A stretch of DNA of 61,982 nt, filler included, from Hausera hauseri (lineage: Eukaryota), in the NCBI GenBank assembly GCA_046269625.1. It is 10 parts of 10 records of this genome, joined end to end, with 100 filler letters (N's around TTAATTAATTAA, not from the genome) between each part and the next. Parts side by side here need not be neighbours in the genome. Positions count along the whole stretch, not along the records: positions 22,092 to 27,321 come from JBJURY010303278.1; positions 27,422 to 32,315 come from JBJURY010400812.1; positions 32,416 to 37,402 come from JBJURY010369704.1; 7 more parts are not named here. One strand, given 5' to 3'. This document shows positions 24,661 through 34,805 of this stretch, one piece after another. A program made the position numbers and the translations under genes. The notes below the pieces were generated by a model. That model was given only the letters and a program-made list of their open reading frames with translations, had not been told where the DNA came from and searched no databases. Position 1 is the stretch's first letter. Every line of letters starts with the position of its first letter.

Positions 24661-25385
24661 TCGGTCTGGCAAATACTGAGGAAGTTTTTACCTCACGTTG
24701 GCGTAAATTATTACGCTTGTTTGGCCGTATTTCTGTCTTGACAACTGTTTGTACGGGCACAACTTCTTCCTTTCCATTTTTGTTAATATATACTGTAGTT
24801 GGTGTAACTCTGATTACTTCGTACGGTCCTCTGCCTGTACGGGTTAATTTCAATGAGGTGCCTTTTTTAGCTACAGGATAATGTACATAAACCCAATTTC
24901 CTTGTTCTATATCATGCGGTTTTGTTTTCTTATCATTTTGTTTTTTAAATTGTTCTTGATATTCTTGGGATAATTTTTTAGCGATCTCCCAACACTCTTG
25001 TAATCGCGTTTGTAATACCTCTAAGAAAATTTTGTTCTAAATCTTCGGGATTTACTGTGTATGGCGTCATTCCTAAGTCCGTGGGCAACACGGCTTCGCG
25101 TCCATACATCATGAAAAATGGAGCGATTCTTGTTGCTGGATGTGGTGTGGTATTAATAGCAAACTGAGTCCCTTCCAAAAATTCGTCCCAATCTTTTTGG
25201 TCCTTAGCCACTACTGTTGACAGTATACGTATGACGGTAGCATTTATCCGTTTGACCATTCCGTTACATTGGGAATGATATGCAGCATTTGTTAATCGTT
25301 CAATTTTGAATATCTTAGTGATTTTCTCAAATAGTTCGCTGGTGAAATTTCTTCCTCGATCTGTGAGTATCTGGTCTGGGGAACC
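24660..25385 (-). pseudogene. pol: Integrase, C-terminal part with GPY/F motif
   Basis: TDRG, WDEFL..TQFAINTTPH, PFFMMYGRE, GRGPYEV. Confidence 0.9.
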
Positions 25386-25389
25386 CCAA

Positions 25390-25833
25390 TTACCAATACG
25401 TCAAGCACAATATCGAATGAAGAACAATATAAATATCTCTAAGTTCGATAGTTCAACGTCTAGCTTGATGATGCTTTTCTGAAGGATTTCACTGCTTCAA
25501 GTCGCTCAACAACAATCACTGAACTTCTGATTTGTTCAATTTTCTTCAGGTTTATATACTCTTATGCTTCTCAATTAATTTTTTTATTATTTCATTTTCT
25601 TCTATTATTATTATAATATTTCGCTTTTATTCTGATTAACAATACCTTCTCGTCACTGATTAATTATTATATTGCCTACAATCTACATTTATTACATTCA
25701 AATTGATTGTTATTTTTGCAAATCTAATTATTTTCATTATACAATCCTGCGATTCATAATTAGTTCTACAATAATTAAATTCGCTTGCGTATGTACATAT
25801 TCCGTTGTGAATTCTTACAGCTGTACTACAACA
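25390..25833 (-). repeat. LTR or LTR fragment
   Basis: PPT AAGGAGGAGAAA then TGT at 25833; TATATAAA near 25555; non-coding. Confidence 0.6.
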
Positions 25834-26545
25834 TTTCTCCTCCTTGAGCGGCATCCTCGAATGTGCCCATTGTGTCAGGAGAGGTGCCGTGAGAATGAGG
25901 CCGTCGCAACATTTCCATACGTCGTCTTAGACTGGGTCCGGAGCTGGTACTTGGTTGGTTTTCTCTGGGATTTGTTTCGAGATCATAACTGTGGTAGGGC
26001 TTTATTCTAACTATTCTGGTATAGCTACCGTTTGAGTAATATTTTAAATTGGCCGCTTCGGATCTACATACGGGGCATGTTGTTTTTCCATTATCCAGCG
26101 TCAATTTTTCTAAGCAGTCTCTGCAATATTCGTGACGGCAATCAGGGTTATTTAGCACTACGTATCCCTGTTTCAGATTTGCCTCACATACGGGACATTC
26201 GTTTTCTTCCCTTTTCCAATTTTTATCGTCCAAGTCTACTCTTAACATAATTTCTATAGGTTCTGATACTAACCCGTTTTCGTCTTGGTATAAGTAAGCA
26301 GAGATTCTTTTTTTCTTCGGGTTTATGAAACTATTTTTGGGATCGCATCCTACGGATATTAAAGTCCAGTAGCTGATAGTGTCTCGATCTAAATCGGGAA
26401 CTTCACCAGTCGATCGGTATTTTTGATATTGTTTCTTCAATAATAGTTTTACTGACTTATCCACGGGGATTAATATTTTACCATTTTGTCTGGACTGAAA
26501 TATCGGGGCAACGTATTTTCTGATCTTAAAATTTTCCCAGACATT
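25826..26545 (-). CDS. RING-HC (C3HC4) finger protein fragment, C-terminal end of ORF3 of an adjacent copy
   Basis: CPVC..CRHEYCRDC..CPVC; N-terminal RKYVAPIFQSRQNGKILIPV matches KYITPIFQSKRNGKLIVPV at 48100-48180; stop lies at PPT/LTR start. Confidence 0.8.
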   Translation of the reverse strand, partial: NVWENFKIRKYVAPIFQSRQNGKILIPVDKSVKLLLKKQYQKYRSTGEVPDLDRDTISYWTLISVGCDPKNSFINPKKKRISAYLYQDENGLVSEPIEIMLRVDLDDKNWKREENECPVCEANLKQGYVVLNNPDCRHEYCRDCLEKLTLDNGKTTCPVCRSEAANLKYYSNGSYTRIVRIKPYHSYDLETNPRENQPSTSSGPSLRRRMEMLRRPHSHGTSPDTMGTFEDAAQGGEML

Positions 26546-27149
26546 CCCCAAACGTTCCCAAACCACAGGGACACTGGCAAATGGTTGCTAGTTTACAGAA
26601 TTGTGACAATAGATACTGACATAAACATCAGTTCCACCCTAGAATTAAGCTTGATGACAAACTAAATGTAAAAGAATGATAAAATAAGAGCCTTCCAGAG
26701 ATCTTTTCAAGCATTCATCACAAACACAGACAACATTTCGTTAACAATTAACAAATGTTCATGCCTCGCGTATCCTCCAGGCCATAGTTTCAGCCGAAGG
26801 ATTAAAAAAGACATGGTTTAATTTTGCAGCCGATAAAAAAACAGGTTCCTGCTTTATACAGACAAAACCCTGTACACTGACTGCAGAGAAACAAAACATA
26901 ACAGTACTTAAAAATTATCAACTTCAGTGTAATTAATAAGAAATGTAAGATGCTTTAGTTTTCACTACACCAATTATATTATTCTACTTTTGTGATGCTA
27001 GGTCTGGATAGTTCCATGATGCAGTGTTCCAGAGAACTAGACCGCATCACTAATAGTCATGTCACAGGGTAGTTTTGTGCTGCATGACGGTTTGATCGCA
27101 TCAGGATCAAGCAGCCTGAACCATCTGACCTTGTCACTCGATAAGGTAG

Positions 27150-27290
27150 AGCTGTAGTCAAACAGCGGTTAGTACACCTGCTACCCACAAGGTCAAGAGT
27201 TGATTCCCAGGAGTTGAAGGCTTATTTTCAACCAAAATGGCTATGGGGTCGACAGTCTCAACCACTGACACCAGGCAAATTTTGTGATCA
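27150..27290 (+). mobile_element. tRNA-derived SINE remnant
   Basis: Degenerate A box (AGCGGTTAG) and B box (GAGTTGATTCCC). Confidence 0.4.
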
Positions 27291-27321
27291 CAGACATGTC
27301 TACTGCATGGACTCATTTTGA

Positions 27322-27421
27322 NNNNNNNNNNNNNNNNNNNNNNNNNNNNNNNNNNNNNNNNNNNNTTAATTAATTAANNNNNNNNNNNNNNNNNNNNNNN
27401 NNNNNNNNNNNNNNNNNNNNN
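27322..27421. other. Artificial contig spacer
   Basis: N44-TTAATTAATTAA-N44. Confidence 0.98.
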
Positions 27422-28371
27422 TGTTTGTACGTCTGAACAAAATCCGCATTCCGACCCAAACTGATGTAATTCACATTGCTATGGGTAAACTTTTCCGAAT
27501 CGGTGGTATAACTGCCTGTTTGGTGAGCAGTCGTTTGAAATGTAATAAGCACAAATTTCATCAGTCGCATGTCTCTAAACAGTACATCTTTGTAGAACGA
27601 AGTTGAACCTTTGGGTATGGTGTAAAACACGAGTTCTCTGCGTTGTAATGGATAACAGGCATTTTATATTTCCAAGCCCAATAGATGTCTCATGTGCACA
27701 GATGGTTCTATCTTTACACGACGTACGTATAACCGTGCCTCGGTAATTTTCAGTATTGGTTTGAGATTTGCAACTGTAGTTTTCCAACGAAAGACATTGT
27801 CGCTGCATTGTAGCCGAATGATGGCTTTAACATCAGACGCTAGGTATTTCGGATGATCAAAAAAGTCAAAGTACAGCGGTTTACACATTGTAAGTGCTTT
27901 TGATGCTGCCACCCTTACCTGACGGTTTGCTGCAGTGGCGTCATATTTGATATTTTTCGTCAAATGAGTCGTTTTTATGTCTGTGCTGTAATTCAGAGCC
28001 GTTTCAATGAGTGCTTTGATACTGTATAGACTGGTGTTGTCTTCGATTTTGACGCTGTTCAGAGTCATTGAAGCTTCCTGGAACAGTGTGAGGAAAAAGT
28101 ACTTGGCCGGTGTGACATTGTATGTTGCAGCGAGAACCGTTGATGTCACTTTTTTAACAATGACTTTTACACAGAGTAGCGTATCGTTCAAATCCAGGTA
28201 TTCATTGTCTGATGCCATTATGTTGAAATGAATGTCAATGTTATCATCCGTTGAAACCGAATCAACGGAGTAGATTTCTTCAAATAACACACTGTCAATA
28301 ACAACTAGTGGCGCGCCTTTGTCAAATATACACAACTCAGATTTTGCAGATGCCATTTGTCTATCTGTCAA
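27422..28371 (-). pseudogene. Maverick major capsid protein (double jelly roll), frameshifted and cut by gap
   Basis: KSELCIF..IHFNIMASDNEYLDLNDTLLCVK..ITEARLYVRRVKI typical of Polinton MCP. Confidence 0.85.
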
Positions 28372-28375
28372 TCAG

Positions 28376-28712
28376 TCAATCGAAAATCGTACAACATCGA
28401 CGTTTGTTTATAGCTGATGAACTCGATGATGCTATACGGCATTTTCTCATCATCAAGCCACTGCCAGCGAATTGTTTTTTGACTGATTCAACGACTCCCG
28501 GTGAAGCGCTTTTTATTTCCGACAAGGCGTGTTCCTTCAGTGATGGCAAAATCGATTTATTTTCATATAGTACGTACTGTGCTGTTTTTCCTGCCACAGC
28601 ACCGATACGCTCCAACACCGGAAATGCTAAACGTGCCAATGTACGCAACCATCCAGACCCATATTGTTTACCAACGAAATACGGCAGATCCCCTCCATAC
28701 TGGGGTTTCCCG
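28376..28712 (-). CDS. Maverick small core/amphipathic protein
   Basis: QYGGDLPYFVGKQYGSGWLRTLARLAFP and FAGSG: repeated adenain-type GG/GSG cleavage-like sites; basic C-terminus. Confidence 0.65.
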
Positions 28713-28733
28713 TAAATGGAAACGATTTAAGAA

Positions 28734-29807
28734 TCAATTATGTTGGATTTGACGGAAATGAAGAGTTAGACTGCTTGTGGTACCGTACGGAAATTCAATT
28801 AGGTAGCCCGCGTCACATCCGATATTCACTTTAACATTGTTTATAGATGTAGATACCACAGGTAGGCACATTGGATTATCGAGTTTGCCAGCGACATTGT
28901 CGCCGGCAGTACAGTTGCTGCTTTCCGGATAAATTGAACGGAGTAGCGGTACAAGTACTCCACCGAACAAAATCGGATCGGTGACATTTACGTAAATGTA
29001 CATTTGACTTAGTCCCGTTTTCAGTTTGGGTTTGAGTGTTGCAACATGTACCACCGCCGTCTTCGTATTCGTCGATGCCTCAAACTTCTGTATTTCAAAA
29101 CTCAATATTATGGTCAAAGCTTTGTCCAATAAAATGTTAACAAAATCCGTAGCCAGTTTAAATTTAATGTACTCGTACTCGAAAACTTTAAATATCGCCT
29201 TGTACTTTTGATTTGAAAAGTGTTGACAGAACTGTGCTGCAGATTCGCAATAGACATTGTCTCCAATCGATACGTATGACGTTGACACAATTTCTGTTGT
29301 ATAGGTAAATTTCACCGTTGTCTGGTAATATACGTGATTTAATATATGAGCAACTATATTTTCACTTTTAATATTTGTACCTATTTACTCTGAATTTGTG
29401 AATCCAAATTTCTGCGCCATCTCAGAGAAATCAAAGTTAACAGTAAATTCAAAATCTGTCATAAAATGTAAGTTTTTCCCTAAAATAAAAACATCGATCT
29501 TGCTCAATATGCCGTAATTTGCTTTGGTTGTGCAAAAGCCCGATTCTCAGACTGTTATATTTTTGTTAGTAAGTGTCAGAGGACAAGAATATGTTATGGT
29601 TTCAGTAACAGTCTTATTGTACGTTATTTTCATACTACCTTTCAATGTCACCGGTGCGTAGAGAAAGTTAAATTCCGTCAGTGCAACCTCCCATTTTCTA
29701 CCCGATAAATCCAAAGGATTGTTTTAATTTACAATGTATTCACTGGCGGAATTGTTCAGACGAGTCGTTGGACAACTGTTGTTCGGCAACACAATGTTAA
29801 TACTCAT
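28734..29807 (-). pseudogene. Maverick minor capsid (penton) paralog 1
   Basis: MSINIVLPNNS..PLDLSGRKWEVALTEF; C-terminal MYIYVNVTDPILFGGVLVPLLRSI..SLTLHFR. Confidence 0.82.
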
Positions 29808-29851
29808 GATCTCGATGATGATGATGATGATAATGATGAGAAAGTTTGTTT

Positions 29852-30933
29852 ATTATCGAAGACGACGACGAAGTTGTAGCATCAAATGTGTCTTGGCTCC
29901 AAACAGAAATTTAATGGATTTTCAAAATTCGTCTACTATTTACACGAAAATACTGTGCACAGCATCAATATAACGGTACGTACATGGGCCGGATGATATT
30001 TACATGAGCATTTTCACCCGGTGCTTTATACGTGTCCGAATCCAATCCAATATAAGCCAATAGTTGTTTACGGTATCCGCCAATATATACGGGTTCGGTT
30101 AGATCCCTTAAAATATTGATTTGATGAAATGCTTCGTAGAGACATGGTTTCTGTTTAGCAACAATGGACCGTCCGCCGCCGGTTTGACCAAATTTTCGTT
30201 TCTTAAAACCCAGATTCCTTGCCAATAGTTCATCAAAGGCAAACTGTGTAACATTATCGTGCAGTGTAAAGGAAATACGATCATCGGAATTTAATTCAAA
30301 TGTCTTGAGAGACAATTTAGCTACTGCCTTGATGGTTGCACACAATTCTGTTTCCGTTTCCGTAAGAAAACCAATTCTTGTTGTATGGAAGTAAAAGAAT
30401 GATTCAATGTTTTGCCAGTTTACTGTAATATCCGTGGTTTTCGCAGTGGAAAAGTTAAATTTTTCACTAAATATACTATGTCCACCGAGCTGAAGACCTT
30501 TGGAGTGGACATTGGCAGATGATTGAAAACCCCATGCTTGAGCATCTGCTAGTGATTTAAACTGCAATTCAATCTGATGTTTGTGTTTTAGCACCAATCG
30601 ATTGTTTAAATGAAAAATATAAACCTCTATACTTTTTCGCTTGTAATATTTCCGCTTGTAATTGCGAACGTGAAATGTTACATTAGAGTCTCGGACTAAC
30701 TGCAAACGACTAGATGCACGAGATTGTCTTACTAGGGTATAGTATATTCTACTGTTCTCACGTATTGTTATTGGTAAAAATGTAAACGTGAATTCCGCCG
30801 AAGCCACTTCCCAGGCTCCCTGGCGTAAGTCCAGCGGCTCGTCCAACTCCATGGTAAACCGTTCAGCGGTATTGTTGTTGTTGTTGTCATGTTCTGATAA
30901 TCTGTTACTATTAAGTATCAAACAAATGCTCAT
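29852..30933 (-). pseudogene. Maverick minor capsid (penton) paralog 2
   Basis: MSICLILNSN..PLDLRQGAWEVASAEF; C-terminal DLTEPVYIGGYRKQLL..RPMYVPL..HLMLQLRR. Confidence 0.8.
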
Positions 30934-30934
30934 C

Positions 30935-31960
30935 GCTCAATCTGCGAAGCAAAAATCAAACTCCGTGTAGTGTATCCGTGCAACTTGAGGAGATATTGAT
31001 TATTCGAACCTTTGCCGCGTGAACGTAGAATTTCCTGAATACGATATACATTGGGTTTCTCGGGCAGTACCTGCAGTTCTTGTTCGAAGAATTTACCGCG
31101 TATTTCCTCGCCGTTTTCATCCTCTAAAACGCACGTGACAGGTATTTGTTTTGTGTTGATTGCCGAAATGCGGAAAACCTCGTCGCTCCAGTTCTGATTG
31201 AAATTCTTAATGAATGGCGTCCTACTTATTTTGAAATACGTACATAATCACCGATTTTATATTTGGACGTTTAATTGCCTGTCGTTATGTTCAGTTTTGA
31301 TAAAGCCGCATGTCCAAATTATCGATTACGCCAACTGGCCGTAATCCATTGATGCCACGATGTGTCGAATGATTCTATGTATGAATAATATCCGGCAGTA
31401 CATCTACCCAGCGTTTGTTGCCTTGCTTCGTAAAGAATTTGTACAGGCGACCGCGCAATGTTCGATTAAATCGTTCAACTAGTGCAGCCTTGTATTGGGA
31501 AAACACTGAGTAGTGGTTTCGCCAAACCGTTTCAAGACCGCTGCAACGTGGGCATTGTAGAATTCCTTACACAAATCCGTTTTAAATGCTTCGGTTGTTG
31601 TTTTTGTATTAGTGTCTGAACAGCGTCGGCAATCTCTTTACCGGATTTAGATTTCACAGCAATTGCACGGGCAAAACGACTAAACACATCAACACATGTC
31701 AGGATTTACCGATACCCATAGTTGATGCTGGTGTACAGAATCATTTCCATCAGATCCATTTGCCATACATTATTCACACAGGCAGAACGTATGCACTAGT
31801 TGGAAACTGCCTTCTTATCGGTTTGTTTAGACTGTATACTAACTGTTTCCCGAGCCAACGTTGGGTCTGCTGCCGAGTTTGTTTGACAGTCTTTTCCAGT
31901 ATACCCGACTGAATGACGCGGGTCGAACCAAACATTGTCTATTGTTGCCGTCGATGATGT
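30935..31960 (-). pseudogene. Maverick retroviral-like integrase with chromodomain-like end, heavily disrupted
   Basis: WFDPRHSVGYTG start; WQMDLMEM, TCVDVFSRFA, KAALVERFNRTL, RWVDVLP, QNWSDEVF, GKFFEQELQ pieces in shifting frames. Confidence 0.85.
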
Positions 31961-32099
31961 CGGTTTTGCTTTTATTACAACAATTAGAACGAAACGTAAA
32001 TGAAAGATTCGGTAAATTGGGACAGAAAGAAGAAAACCATACACATATATAGCCGAATCATCATATACTTACCGTCATTGTTTAACATTATGGTATAGA

Positions 32100-32315
32100 A
32101 CTAATGAGTCTACCCAGTAATGACGTGACAATCGGTAGAATTTCACCATGAATCCACCAACCTATCGTTTCAGTCGTTTACTACAGGCGTTGGCAAGGCC
32201 AATAAGTCGTTTTCGATACTTTAGTAAATTCCGCTTTTCACTACCAATGTCAACGTGACCCACGACGATATTGTACAAAATTTCCATCAAATCGTCTACT
32301 ACAAACTGTGGGAAT
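32100..32315 (-). pseudogene. Maverick basic core protein fragment
   Basis: LMEILYNIVVGHVDI..LLKYRKRLIGLA..GGF pattern typical of the small gene upstream of Maverick integrase. Confidence 0.6.
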
Positions 32316-32415
32316 NNNNNNNNNNNNNNNNNNNNNNNNNNNNNNNNNNNNNNNNNNNNTTAATTAATTAANNNNNNNNNNNNNNNNNNNNNNNNNNNNN
32401 NNNNNNNNNNNNNNN
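32316..32415. other. Artificial contig spacer
   Basis: N44-TTAATTAATTAA-N44. Confidence 0.98.
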
Positions 32416-33569
32416 TTATGTTTTATCTCTCCTATTTTGATAGATATTAATCAATCATTTAGTAGTACATTTAATCAATATTCATAATTAACTATGAGTT
32501 TATTAGAATACTAATGTGCTGTTTTTATACTTTATTTGTGCTCACACACACACACAATGCTACATTGTTTTGGTCTTGACAAAAACCACACACACATTTT
32601 CCCGTGGGAGACATCTTCACCTGCATCCTCCTCTCACACTCTTATCTACTTTTTCCCAGAGGAGAGTTTATAAAAACTCTCGTCTATGCTAATGGCTAGT
32701 TAGTTGGTCTGTTGGTCAGTTGGTCTGTGTTCGTCTCGTCTTGTCCTGTCCATCTGGCATGCTGGGGACGCCGTGAGGGTCTCCCAGCATTTTCTGCCAC
32801 TCTGAGCTGGAGACCACTCCAGCTATCCTGCCGCAGCAACCCTTCCTTCTTGGAATTTACAAGGAACGCTTCTTCTCTGGAGCTATGACCTCGCCCAGGA
32901 TGGTTATTCTTAACTGCCTGCCTGCTGTGTGAAGCCTGGTCCGGCTGAGCGGCCCTGAGAGTCCCCTCGCCTTGTCACGCTGGTGACACCCTCTGTCCTG
33001 TACCACCCATGACTGGTGGACTCCGGTTCTTTCCCTGCTTGGGTCAACACGTCTGATGGGTCTACGACACGGTAAATTGGCGAATCCAGGGGTTACCTCT
33101 TCATTCTGGGTTTAAAAGCTCATTCTGCTGGCTCACAGGTTCACACTCATATACAGCTTAAAGGTCATATAACCTTAGCCTTAAACTAAGATTTATTTGT
33201 CTGTTTATTCTTCTTTTTTTTCTCTCCTCTTCTCCCTCTCACATATCTACACACACACACACACTCACACTCATACGCATACACACATACACAAGTGTAC
33301 ATAACTGCATATGCTTAACTAGTTTTAGTTATTTAGAGGAGTAGACAATTATACTGAGAGCTCATTTATTGTTTGATCATTGTAATCACCTATTAATCAT
33401 TCAATATTATCATCAAAATAAAAGTCAGTTAGTTTTTAACTGGCCAAAATAAATCTACGACTCATCGTGTGTGTTTTCTGTGTGTATTTTGATGACTGAA
33501 CTATTTTACTAGGAAAAGGCCTTAAAAGAACCTAAAGGTAGAGTTGCTCTTATTAGGGTTTACACTACA
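32416..33569 (+). repeat. 5' LTR (start possibly cut by gap)
   Basis: TATAAAA near 32669, AATAAA near 33417, ends CTACA just before PBS. Confidence 0.7.
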
Positions 33570-33574
33570 TATTA

Positions 33575-33586
33575 TGGCGAGCCAGC
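33575..33586 (+). promoter_or_regulatory. Primer binding site, tRNA-Arg(ACG)
   Basis: TGGCGAGCCAGC matches the first 12 nt of the tRNA-Arg PBS TGGCGAGCCAGCCAGGAG. Confidence 0.8.
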
Positions 33587-34805
33587 GCGGAGGTCAAACT
33601 GGTAAAACAGTCATCAATTTTCACAGAAAACTATAAATTAAAAGCTCATAAATTAGTCTTAAAAAAAAAGGCTCCAAACTGCTCCAAAGCTGTTTCTCCC
33701 TCTGTTCTTATCAGAGAGATTGTGTGTGTGTCCGCGGTGCTGCAGGCAGACTGCCGGACGCATCTCTCTCTGCTTTTCTCCTTGTAAATTTTATTGCTGC
33801 GTTTCATGTGTTGTGCCTTCAGAGTAAAATTGTGTCTAAAGAAGCAGACGTGTTTCTGTGGCATAGTTTAATTATTCTCTGTTGTGTTTGTTGTTATTCG
33901 TGTTTGTTGTAGAAAGAGAAAGAAAGAGAAAGAAAGGTGGTTGTGCATGCAAATTGTTTTATGATCGATCAGGGCGAGTATTCGCTTGGGATAATTGTCC
34001 GCTTGTCCGCATATTCCGGAAAGCCTGACAGTTTTTCCCCACTTCGTGTTGACTTTTTCTGCTTTGGCCAAGTAGAGAGTTGGCGCCTGCTTATTTCATA
34101 AGCTAAGGTAGAAGTGTTTGTCGCTGCGTAAATACTCCGTTTTAAGCTACGGTTTTTAGCGGTTGCGGTTGACTTATTCTGTCAGCGTGATACTGACGGA
34201 TTTCCAGAGCTTTGTGTTCTGAAGAACAGACTTTCTGTGTCTGTTGGTAGAAGGGACCATCGCTGCGTGCGTTTGGTCATTGTGTTTCGTGATTTACGGT
34301 ATTAAAACCGTGTTGGTTGGTGGAGTGTCGCTACTGTGGTAGCTACGCCATTGTTGAACAGAGAAACACTGTTCTTGAAGCCGCTCCCCCCCAGGGTAGA
34401 GCATTCCTCTCTTGTGAGTGAGAGAGAGAGAAAAAAAAAAAGATCTTTTAAAAGAAACCAGAAAGGTTCAAACTTGTTGTGGTGTTTGTGTTGATACTCT
34501 GTCCACGAGTGGAAGAGTCAGAGAAATACTTTAAAACTCTTAGTGTTTTAAAGTTACGCCGCTGAGCGTTTTTCTACAGTGTTAAATCACTAAAGCAGGA
34601 GACAAGGACACCTCCTCGCTCAGGCGAAACAGAGTTTCCGCCATCTTGAAAAGAGCTAACAGGTTCTGTTAGAGTCCGTCCCTTCCAGAGGGCGGAGTGT
34701 TCACTCTCAGTGAGTGAAGAAAAAAAAGAGCAGTGTTGAGAGAAACTCAACCTGAAACAGCATTTTGATCTGTTGGTCTTTAAAAAGACTTAAAAACAGC
34801 TCAAC

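Larger units (their letters stand above)
22092..25385 (-). mobile_element. Gypsy-type retroelement with accessory ORFs, copy C (IN - membrane protein - ORF3)
   Basis: IN core PDQILTDRGRNFTS, YHSQCNGMVKRIN, GPY motif, followed by ORFs collinear with contig H. Confidence 0.88.
27422..32315 (-). mobile_element. Maverick/Polinton fragment (core proteins, integrase, two minor capsids, major capsid), degenerate
   Basis: Collinear head-to-tail Maverick gene set on the minus strand. Confidence 0.88.
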
